Virus record (IMG/VR): IMGVR_UViG_3300044983_000269
Location: 1 to 31,101 of that record
Strand: one strand, 5' to 3'
DNA: 31,101 nt
Source of the DNA: a virus
Lineage: Duplodnaviria > Caudoviricetes
A model generated the notes under the pieces. The model saw nothing but the letters and a program-made list of their open reading frames with translations. It made no database searches and was not told where the DNA came from. Positions within the stretch are counted from its first letter, which is position 1. Each line of letters starts with the position of its first letter. Both the position numbers and the translations under genes were made by a program. Below, one piece after another: positions 7,506-15,110 of the stretch.

Positions 7506-8533
7506 GCCCCGAACTCGAGGGTTTCGCTGCGGCCGTTGCGCAGATCATGGACGAGTCCGTCGCCGGCTTGCGCGCGGAGGCAGCGCTCGCGCTCGCGCAA
7601 GTGCGCGACGAGGCGCTCGAGGTGCAGCGCTCGCTCGAGCAGCGCTGCGAGCGCGCCGAGGCGCGGGCCGACCAGCTCCAGCGCGACCTCGAGGCGACGC
7701 GCGAACTCGCCGCCCAGGCCCCGATCTCGACCATGCTAGTCGACGGCGCGGGCGACCTGCACGTCGTACAGCGCGGCGGGGTCACCACAACGGTGACCCT
7801 GGCGCAGCTCCTCGTGCGCGTCGCCTCAGAGGTCTCGAGCAGCCTGGGCGCGCTCGGCGCGAACCTGCGCGACGAGATCTGCTCTCGCGTCGCGCTGGAA
7901 GTGCAGCGCATGGGCGGCGCGCAGCGCTGGAGCCGCACGGCCTTCTACGGCGAGGGCGCGGTCGTCTCCTGCTACAACGGGCGCACCTACGAACTCCAGG
8001 CCGGCACCCGTGCTTCGATAGCGCAGGAGCCGGGCGACCACCCGGAGGTGTGGCGGCGCATCGGCTCGCACGGCCTGCGCGTCATGAAGTCCAAGCCCGC
8101 GACGCTCGAGCCCGGGGACGTCTTCACCGAGGCCGAGTCGCGCTTCATCAGCGACGGGGAGAACACCATCCTCTTCTCGCCGCGCGCCCCGAAGCACAGC
8201 GACATTGAACGCGGGGTGAAGCCGGCCTATGCGCTCGCGCAGTCGGCGATGGCTGTGGCCACGCTCGCGCGGCAGTTGGCCGAAGGCCATGCGCCGCGCC
8301 TGGAGTCCGTCGAGCGCACGGCCGCGAACGCGCAGTCGTGGATCGCAGCCGAGGGCGACGAGGCGGTCGTCCGCAGCGCGCAGGCGCTGGCCTGCGTGGA
8401 GTCGCGCCTGCCGCTCATCGACTCGCCCGCGCTCGCGCGCATTCTCGAACTCGCCGACGAGATCAACACGCTCCTCGGGCATGAGCCAGCAGACGATGCT
8501 CAAGACGACGACCCCCAGGAGGACCGCGCATGA
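7502..8533 (+). CDS. Hypothetical head-region protein with coiled-coil segments and a CBM5/12-like motif
   Basis: ATGA coupling to the portal gene. 'WSRTAFYGEGAVVSCYNGRTY...EPGDHPEVWRRIG' resembles the chitin-binding type-3 pattern. Confidence 0.7.
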   Translation: MSPELEGFAAAVAQIMDESVAGLRAEAALALAQVRDEALEVQRSLEQRCERAEARADQLQRDLEATRELAAQAPISTMLVDGAGDLHVVQRGGVTTTVTLAQLLVRVASEVSSSLGALGANLRDEICSRVALEVQRMGGAQRWSRTAFYGEGAVVSCYNGRTYELQAGTRASIAQEPGDHPEVWRRIGSHGLRVMKSKPATLEPGDVFTEAESRFISDGENTILFSPRAPKHSDIERGVKPAYALAQSAMAVATLARQLAEGHAPRLESVERTAANAQSWIAAEGDEAVVRSAQALACVESRLPLIDSPALARILELADEINTLLGHEPADDAQDDDPQEDRA

Positions 8534-8742
8534 CCCGGCTGGGCACCGTCGCCGCGTTGCTGCCGCTGCCCGGATGCATCGCCGTAGCCGGCCCCTGCGA
8601 CCTCGCGCGCGAGCCTGTCGCCTGGCACCTGTCGTGTTCCCTGGGCGGCAGCGCCGTCGTCATGCCCCCGAGCACGCTGCGCACTTTCATCCCCGTAGCT
8701 GCAGCTTCGGCACCGGCCTCTGTTCCCGAGGCCAAGCCATGA
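8530..8742 (+). CDS. Hypothetical 70-aa protein
   Basis: ATGA overlap and AGGAGG SD upstream. Confidence 0.6.
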   Translation: MTRLGTVAALLPLPGCIAVAGPCDLAREPVAWHLSCSLGGSAVVMPPSTLRTFIPVAAASAPASVPEAKP

Positions 8743-8755
8743 TCGAGGCGAAGTC

Positions 8756-9310
8756 ATGATCGAGCGCATCACCGTCGATACGGCGCTCCTGCCCGATGCC
8801 ATGCTGCTGCTGGTCAAGGCGCACTGCCGGGTAGAGTTCGACCGCGACGATGCGCTGCTGAAGCTCTACACGGCAGCGAGCATTGGTCTCGTCGAGCGCA
8901 AGTGCAACGTCTCGTTGAACCCGGCGACCTACCTGGTCTCGAGCGACGAGCTGCGCTACGGGTTCGGCCTGAAACCGGGATGGTGGCTGCCGCTGAACAA
9001 CGTGCACACGTTCACCGCCGAGGACGCGGGCGAAGACATCACTGACGAGTTCCTGCTCGGGAATTCGGACTTCGGCGGCAGCACTTCGAGCTACCTGTTT
9101 CCGGTCAACGACGCGAGCCCCTCGATGCCGAGCACGGCGCTCATGACCTTGCAGGTCGGACTCGACGACCCGGCGCTCCTCGCCCCGGAGTTCCTCGCGC
9201 TCATCCTGCGCGCAACGGCCTCGTTCTACGAGAACCGCGAAGCGAGCATCGACCTGTGGGCCGAGACGTTCAGGGCCGAACTCATGAGCCTGTGGAGGCC
9301 CACCGCATGA
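8756..9310 (+). CDS. Head-tail connector/adaptor (HK97 gp6 / SPP1 gp15-like)
   Basis: 'VKAHCRVEFDRDDALLKLY' at the N-terminus, 'ASFYENREA' near the C-terminus, and position. Confidence 0.85.
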   Translation: MIERITVDTALLPDAMLLLVKAHCRVEFDRDDALLKLYTAASIGLVERKCNVSLNPATYLVSSDELRYGFGLKPGWWLPLNNVHTFTAEDAGEDITDEFLLGNSDFGGSTSSYLFPVNDASPSMPSTALMTLQVGLDDPALLAPEFLALILRATASFYENREASIDLWAETFRAELMSLWRPTA

Positions 9311-9642
9311 AAGCCGGCCGCCTGCGCCACCGCATGCGCATCGAACGCCCCGACGTGCTGAAGGACGCCTACGGCGGCGTGACCAAGACCTGGGTGCCCG
9401 TGGCCGAGGTGAATGCGGCCATCGACTCGATCTCGGGGCGCGAGTTCCTCTCTGCGGACCGGGAGCTGGCCGGCGTGACCTGGCGCATCACGATGCGCGA
9501 GGTGCCCGGTGTCCTCATCGAGCCCAACTGGCGCGCCATCGACGAGGACGCGGCGCGCACCTTCGACTTCATCGAGATCTTGCCGTCCCACACACGCGCT
9601 GAGATCACCGTTGCCGCCATCTGCGGCGTGTCCCAACCGTAG
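9307..9642 (+). CDS. Head closure protein (SPP1 gp16-like)
   Basis: 'MKAGRLRHRMRIERP...DAYGG...W...ISGRE' is the canonical motif. ATGA overlap. Confidence 0.9.
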   Translation: MKAGRLRHRMRIERPDVLKDAYGGVTKTWVPVAEVNAAIDSISGREFLSADRELAGVTWRITMREVPGVLIEPNWRAIDEDAARTFDFIEILPSHTRAEITVAAICGVSQP

Positions 9643-9663
9643 TGGAAGGAGGCCGACTCCATC

Positions 9664-10335
9664 ATGGCCAAAATCAAGAGCAATGCGCACCTGTGGCTCT
9701 CGGACGTGAGCGCGGGGACGACCCCGCCGCCCGTGTCCCTGACCTCGATCACCAAGGCGAGCCCGCCCGTGGTGACCCCGGAGACGATGCCCGCAGGGCT
9801 GGCCGACGGCGACCTGGTCACCTTCGAGGGGACAGGCACACCCTTCCTGGACGGCTATGCCTTCCGCATCAGCGCGCTCGACGCGACGAGCTTCACGCTC
9901 CCCGATGTGGAGTCCTCCGACATCCCGGCTGCAGTCTCCACAGGCACCTTCTTCACGTACCAGAAGGCCGGCACCGATGCGCTCCTCGAAGCCTGCATGG
10001 CGCAGATCACCGTGGCGGGCCAGGCGCCGGACTCGCTGAACCTGGACGACATGTGCTCGACGATGACGATCCTCGGGGACGCCAAGCCGCCGACCTTCAC
10101 CTTCAACGGCTTCGTTGACCAGGCCTCGCCCGGCTTCGAGAACCTCGTCGAAGCCTCGGTGAAGAACCCCAAGCCCACGGTCTCGGTCCTCATCGACTTC
10201 GGCCCCGAGGGCGGCTACATCGCCGGGCCGGGCCAGATCGGCGAGATCAGCGTGACGGCCGGCGTCGGGCAGGGCCTGCAGTTCTCGGGCTCGGGCGTCT
10301 TCACCGAGCAACCGACGTACTCCTGGGCGCTGTGA
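9664..10335 (+). CDS. Major tail tube protein with an inserted small beta domain
   Basis: AAGGAGG SD, 'SITKASPPVVT...GLADGDLVTF' insertion, tail-tube-like C-terminus, and followed by a chaperone pair. Confidence 0.75.
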   Translation: MAKIKSNAHLWLSDVSAGTTPPPVSLTSITKASPPVVTPETMPAGLADGDLVTFEGTGTPFLDGYAFRISALDATSFTLPDVESSDIPAAVSTGTFFTYQKAGTDALLEACMAQITVAGQAPDSLNLDDMCSTMTILGDAKPPTFTFNGFVDQASPGFENLVEASVKNPKPTVSVLIDFGPEGGYIAGPGQIGEISVTAGVGQGLQFSGSGVFTEQPTYSWAL

Positions 10336-10339
10336 ATCT

Positions 10340-10693
10340 ATGTTCGAGCTGCAGACCATCGAACCTGTCCCCGGCCTCGAGGCGCTGGGCGCGCGCGTGC
10401 AATTGCGCGAACTCTCCTACGGCAGCCTGCGCGCGGCGATGCGCGCTGTGGCGGGCTCGGACCGCGCCAGCGAGTTGCTCCTGGGGGCTTCCCTCTACGT
10501 GGACGGAGCGCCCCTGGGCCTGGACGGCCTGGACGCGCTCCCCGGGCACCTCTCAGGCGCCGTGGCGCGCGCGATGTCGCGCTGCCTCGAGCTGCATGGG
10601 ATGGGCGCGGCTGCCGAGCCGAAGGCCGCCAACGAGGACCAGGCAGCAGTTGCCGGGGCGAACGGCGAGGCAGTGCCCCGGGGGGAAGCGTGA
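10340..10693 (+). CDS. Tail assembly chaperone (lambda gpG-like)
   Basis: Follows the tail tube gene, contains 'VQLRELS', and ends at a slippery site. Confidence 0.75.
   Translation: MFELQTIEPVPGLEALGARVQLRELSYGSLRAAMRAVAGSDRASELLLGASLYVDGAPLGLDGLDALPGHLSGAVARAMSRCLELHGMGAAAEPKAANEDQAAVAGANGEAVPRGEA
10681..10687 (+). promoter_or_regulatory. Programmed -1 ribosomal frameshift site GGGGGAA
   Basis: CGG GGG GAA GCG TGA. The -1 frame continues open into ORF 10690-10890. Confidence 0.75.
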
Positions 10694-10890
10694 GCGCGCC
10701 GGGCACGCGGATTCTCTTCGCGCTCGGCGCGCGGCTGCACATGAGCGCGGCACAAGTCGAGCAGCTCTCGGTGCGCGAGCTGACGGGCTGGGTGGAGTTC
10801 TTCTCCGTGCCTGCGACCGAGGACGACGGCATCCCCGACGTGCGCGAACTCACACGCGACCAGAAGCGGGCCATGTTCCACCATGGCTGA
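10690..10890 (+). CDS. Tail assembly chaperone, C-terminal frameshift part (gpT-like)
   Basis: 'LFALGARLHMSAAQVEQLSVRELTGWVEFF' resembles gpT-like segments. It lies in the -1 frame relative to 10340-10693. Confidence 0.75.
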   Translation: MSAPGTRILFALGARLHMSAAQVEQLSVRELTGWVEFFSVPATEDDGIPDVRELTRDQKRAMFHHG

Positions 10891-11257
10891 CGAACGCGAC
10901 CTCGTCGCCGCACTGACCATCGCACTTGACCCGACGCCGGTCTGGTGGGGCTTCGCCCCCTTCGAGTCCTCGGGCGAGCCGCCCACGCTCCCCATGGTGG
11001 TGGTGCAGCGCACGAGCTTCTCGACCACGGAGTACGAGACCATGTGCGAAGGCGAGTACACGGGAAACACCCTCGTCGTCATCGACGCCTGGGCGCTCAC
11101 CTACGAGCAGGCGCGCGCGCTCGCCACGCAGGCGCGCGAGGCTGCGACCGGTGTCGAGGACTGGCGCTTGCAGAACGAGGCCGACCAGTTCGATCCGGGC
11201 TTTCGCGCCTGGCGCATTCAAGGCCAGTGGCTCGCCGTGGCTGTGCCGCCGACCTGA
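10883..11257 (+). CDS. Tail terminator/completion protein (DUF3168 / gp17-like)
   Basis: 'LPMVVVQR', 'VIDAWALTYEQARALATQAREA', 124 aa. Confidence 0.75.
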   Translation: MADERDLVAALTIALDPTPVWWGFAPFESSGEPPTLPMVVVQRTSFSTTEYETMCEGEYTGNTLVVIDAWALTYEQARALATQAREAATGVEDWRLQNEADQFDPGFRAWRIQGQWLAVAVPPT

Positions 11258-11279
11258 ACCGCATCAGGGACACGCTGCC

Positions 11280-12044
11280 ATGTCCATCGCCTTCCCCCTG
11301 GTCGTCGTGCCGCGCCGCGAGGTCACCCTCGGCGGGGTGCAAGTCGGGCGGCAGACAGTGCTCGCCGAGCTGCACACGCAGTCCGTGGCTGACGTGCGCT
11401 CCTACATCCGCGCGCTCACGGTGCAGGAGACCACGCAGCAGATCCGGCTGAACAACCCGCCGCAGATCATGACGGTGGACGGGCGCACGAATAAGCCGCT
11501 GGACGACGTGAACCGGACCACGGTCGTCCTGTTCGGCGTCGCGCTCGCGGTCTCAGCCATGCGCGAGGTCGAAGTCGCGCTCGCCGACGCCATCGCGCGC
11601 TCGTCGCGCGCGCGCACCGGGCTGCTCGGGAATGTCTCTTCCTCCTGGCAATGGGTCTACATCCCCAAGGGGAAAGCGCCGCGCGTGGTCTCAGCAGGCT
11701 CGGCTCCGAAGACCTTTGCTCTGGGGGACCAACTCGTCCTCTCGCCGCAACGCGTGCCCTACGCGACGATCACGAATCGCAACGTCGCGCGCGGCGGGCG
11801 CCTGAACCAACCCGTGCGCAAGCGCCGCGCGGCGAAGTCGCAGTACAACGCCTCGAAGTCGCTGCAGAACCGGGGGTTCCTCGCCGTCGCAACGGCTGCT
11901 GTGCGCGCCAAGCCGTCGTTCAAGCAGTTCAGCGTCTCGGCCGTCTTCTCGAAAAAACACATGGTGCCGGGCGAACTCATGACCCGGACACAGGGCTCGG
12001 GGATGATCGTGATCCGCGCGCGCATCCGGCGCATGAAGGTCTAG
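11280..12044 (+). CDS. Hypothetical basic tail/neck morphogenesis protein (possibly HK97 gp10-like)
   Basis: ATG at 11280, Arg/Lys-rich, 'ARTGLL' motif, abuts the tape measure gene. Confidence 0.6.
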   Translation: MSIAFPLVVVPRREVTLGGVQVGRQTVLAELHTQSVADVRSYIRALTVQETTQQIRLNNPPQIMTVDGRTNKPLDDVNRTTVVLFGVALAVSAMREVEVALADAIARSSRARTGLLGNVSSSWQWVYIPKGKAPRVVSAGSAPKTFALGDQLVLSPQRVPYATITNRNVARGGRLNQPVRKRRAAKSQYNASKSLQNRGFLAVATAAVRAKPSFKQFSVSAVFSKKHMVPGELMTRTQGSGMIVIRARIRRMKV

Positions 12045-12048
12045 CACC

Positions 12049-14151
12049 ATGGCCGAATCCATCGAGCGCGTCCTGAAGGTTACCGTCGACGGCAATGCAG
12101 CGCTGCGCGAGCTGCAGAAGGTCAGCGCCGCCACCGGCGCGGTCGATAGCAAGCTCCAGGCGTTCGGAGACACCCTCAAGAAAGCCGGCGCAGCGCTCGC
12201 CGGCGCGTTCGCGGTCAACGTGATCGTCGGCCAGTTCAAGTCCGTCGTCGACAGCATGGACGACATCGTGAAGGCGTCCCAGCGCGTGGGCGTGGCTGCC
12301 GAGAACTTGCAGGCGCTGCGCTACGCGGCGCAAGCCTCCGGGTCGAGCGCAGAGTCCCTGGACAAAGGACTCGAGCGCCTGGCGGTGAACCTGCAGGACG
12401 TCGGCGAAGGCACGACCGACGCGGCCAAGGCGCTACGCGCTTTCGGTGTCACTGCCGGAGATACCACAGCTGCAGCCTTCGCGAAGATCGCCGACGGCTT
12501 CGCGCAGATGCCCGATGGCGCGCTGAAGACATCCACTGCCATCACGCTGCTTGGCAAGGCCGGGGCCGACTTGATTCCCACGCTGAACAATGGCGCGAAA
12601 GGCCTGGCGGAATTCTCGGAGGAGGCCAAGGCGCTCGGCCTCGTGCTCTCCGACGAAGCGATCAAAGGGGCAGAGCACTTCAACGACCAGTTGGACATGC
12701 TGACGAACGTGGTCGCAGGCGCGGCGCGTTCGTTCGTCTCGGGATTGCTGCCTGCGCTGCAATCAGTCACGGCTGAACTCATTCACGCGAGCCAGGGCGG
12801 CGAGGGCCTGCAGTCATGGGGCGCTGCGCTCGGCGAGGATCTCGTGCGCCTGGCGATGGGGGCGAGCCTCGTTGTAGGCACCCTGGAAGACCTCATGGCG
12901 GTGCAAGAGGGGATGCGCAAATTCCTGGTCAGTCCGATCTGGGAATGGGGCGACATTTACACGGAGACATCCGCCAAGATCAGCGCCAACAACGACGAGA
13001 CGATTCGCAGCTTGGAGCGCCTCGTCGCCAACTGGAAGAAGACCAGGACGGAAGTCGAAGACCCCTGGCGCATCCCCTTCGAGTTGCCGCCCGAGAGCAA
13101 CTTCGAGCGCGTCCTGCGCGAGAACGCTGCTGCGACCAAGAAGCTCGCGGCCGATCAGAAGGCAGCAGCCGAAGAAGCGCTTCGGGTGAAGCAGGCCCTC
13201 GAAGCGTTCGACCGTCGCGAGGCCGAAGCCAGGGGTGAACGCTACGAGAACGCCATCAAGCTGCAGAAGGAGCTGAACGACGAGGCGGGCAAGGCAGTCG
13301 ACGTGCAGCACATGACGAAGGAGGCGCTCGACCAGTCCACGCGCAGCTTCGAGAAGCACAACGATGCGGCGCTCACGCTCGGCAAGGTGTACGGCCAAGT
13401 CGCCGACGAAGCAGCAGCCCACGTGAAGATGCAGGACGAGCAGATCATCCGCCTCGAGGCACTGCGCTCGCTCTACGAGAAATCGACTGGCCCGGCCAAG
13501 GAATGGGCGAAGGCGCAAATCGACATCATCAACGCGCAGATCGAGGCGGCCAAATCCTCTCAGGAGCAGAAGGATTCCATGGAAGCCCTGAACAGCAGCT
13601 GGGATCGATTCCTCGACTCCGTCTCGTCGGGCTCGGTCACGGTGGCGCAAGCGTTCAAGGCGATGGCCGAATCGCTCATTGCAGACCTGCTGAAGATCTG
13701 GGCGAAGAAGTTCATTCTGGACGCCATCGCAGGCATGTTCAGCGGTGGCGGCGGCAGCGTGAGCACCGTGGGCGGGGGGCAGCTCGCGGCCGGTGGCGTC
13801 CTCGATGCGGGCCAGATCTTGCCCTTTGCGCGCGGGGGCGTCATGTCGCAGCCCGTGCTGATGCCCATGGCGCTCATGGCCGAGGCTGGCCCCGAAGCCG
13901 TGATGCCCCTCAAGCGCGGCGCAGACGGCAATCTCGGCGTGGCCGGGGCAGCCGCTGCCCTGAACGTCACCGTGAACAACTACACCGATGCATCAGTCTC
14001 GACGCAGCGCGGCCCGGGCGGCGATCTCCAGATCCTCATCGAAGCGACGAAGCGATCGCTCGCCGCAGATTTCCGGCGCGGGGGCAATGACGTGAGCCGC
14101 GCGGCCGAGGCTGCCTGGCGACTCTCTCGCGGCAACGCGGCGCCGTTCTGA
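12049..14151 (+). CDS. Tail tape measure protein
   Basis: 700 aa, Ala-rich and helical. 'LQALRYAAQASG' and C-terminal 'FARGGV...MAEAGPEAVMPLKRGADGNLGV'. Confidence 0.92.
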   Translation: MAESIERVLKVTVDGNAALRELQKVSAATGAVDSKLQAFGDTLKKAGAALAGAFAVNVIVGQFKSVVDSMDDIVKASQRVGVAAENLQALRYAAQASGSSAESLDKGLERLAVNLQDVGEGTTDAAKALRAFGVTAGDTTAAAFAKIADGFAQMPDGALKTSTAITLLGKAGADLIPTLNNGAKGLAEFSEEAKALGLVLSDEAIKGAEHFNDQLDMLTNVVAGAARSFVSGLLPALQSVTAELIHASQGGEGLQSWGAALGEDLVRLAMGASLVVGTLEDLMAVQEGMRKFLVSPIWEWGDIYTETSAKISANNDETIRSLERLVANWKKTRTEVEDPWRIPFELPPESNFERVLRENAAATKKLAADQKAAAEEALRVKQALEAFDRREAEARGERYENAIKLQKELNDEAGKAVDVQHMTKEALDQSTRSFEKHNDAALTLGKVYGQVADEAAAHVKMQDEQIIRLEALRSLYEKSTGPAKEWAKAQIDIINAQIEAAKSSQEQKDSMEALNSSWDRFLDSVSSGSVTVAQAFKAMAESLIADLLKIWAKKFILDAIAGMFSGGGGSVSTVGGGQLAAGGVLDAGQILPFARGGVMSQPVLMPMALMAEAGPEAVMPLKRGADGNLGVAGAAAALNVTVNNYTDASVSTQRGPGGDLQILIEATKRSLAADFRRGGNDVSRAAEAAWRLSRGNAAPF

Positions 14152-14178
14152 CCTACAGCGCAGCGGGGAAAAATCAAC

Positions 14179-14697
14179 ATGGCCACGCCGCGCGCCTCCG
14201 TCGACCTCGCGCGTGTTCGGGCGAGCGCGCCGGCCGGCATCGACCTCTGGCCCACGCTCACGCTGGAGCACCCGCTCTGGGCAGCGCCCTACTACCTCAC
14301 CTCCGCGCCGACGCCTTTCACGGCCAAGCTCGAGACGCCGGGCAACCCCACGGTCACGTTCCAGTCGTTCCCCTTCGCCGTCATCCTGCCCACGGTGGAC
14401 GGCGCCGGGCAGCAGGACTTGCAGGTCACGCTCACGAACGCCGACCCCGAGATCGCCGATGCGGTGCAGCGCGCGCACGCTGACCCGACACAGCGGATCA
14501 CGGCCACGTACCGGGTCTACTTGTCCTCCCTGGGCACCTCGCAGACCCCACAAAGTGCGCCGCTGCGCCTGGCCTTCGACCTGATCCAGATCACCGAGGA
14601 GGCGGTCTCCGGCGTGGCGAATCGCTCGGATGTGCTGAATCGCAGGTTCCCCGGCACGTGGTACGACATCGCGCACTTTCCTGGGCTCGAACGGTGA
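14179..14697 (+). CDS. Tail tip protein, DUF1833-like (functional analogue of lambda gpL)
   Basis: 'TLTLEHP', 'PFAVILP', 'DVLNRRFP..WY...FPGL'. Confidence 0.8.
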   Translation: MATPRASVDLARVRASAPAGIDLWPTLTLEHPLWAAPYYLTSAPTPFTAKLETPGNPTVTFQSFPFAVILPTVDGAGQQDLQVTLTNADPEIADAVQRAHADPTQRITATYRVYLSSLGTSQTPQSAPLRLAFDLIQITEEAVSGVANRSDVLNRRFPGTWYDIAHFPGLER

Positions 14698-15110
14698 GCA
14701 CGCGCTCTGAATCCCTCGAGGCCGTCCTCGGCGACCTGCCTGGCCGCCCCTACCTGTACGGCGCGCGCGGGCCAGCTTCGTTCGACTGCTGGGGGCTCGT
14801 GCTCGAGGTGCGGCGCCGGCTCGGCCTGGTGCTTCCCCCGGACTTCGCTTTCGCTGCGCTCGATGTGGCAGCTGTGCGCGCGCTCTTCGACGCCCCGCGC
14901 CCCACGGGCTGGCATCGCAGCGACCCCACGCTGGGCGCCGTTGTGCTCGCCCCCGAGGCGCGGCATGCAGGCATCGTCGTCGCGCGCCGCGTGCTGCACG
15001 CGCACAAGGCCGCTGGGGTGATCGCCTGGGCGCTCGGGACGTGGTCGACCGAATACGGCACGCTGGACTGCTGGCAGGCCGGCGAGAAGGGCGGCACGCG
15101 CCATGGCTGA
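14694..15110 (+). CDS. NlpC/P60-family tail assembly protein (gpK-like)
   Basis: 'GRPYLYGARGPASFDCWGLV' and 'HAGIV...VLHA' supply the Cys-His-His residues. GTGA overlap. Confidence 0.88.
   Translation: MSTRSESLEAVLGDLPGRPYLYGARGPASFDCWGLVLEVRRRLGLVLPPDFAFAALDVAAVRALFDAPRPTGWHRSDPTLGAVVLAPEARHAGIVVARRVLHAHKAAGVIAWALGTWSTEYGTLDCWQAGEKGGTRHG

Noticed and set aside
14694-15110. NlpC/P60 protein as the endolysin
   Set aside because: Its position between the DUF1833-like and J-like genes marks it as the gpK-like tail assembly protein.
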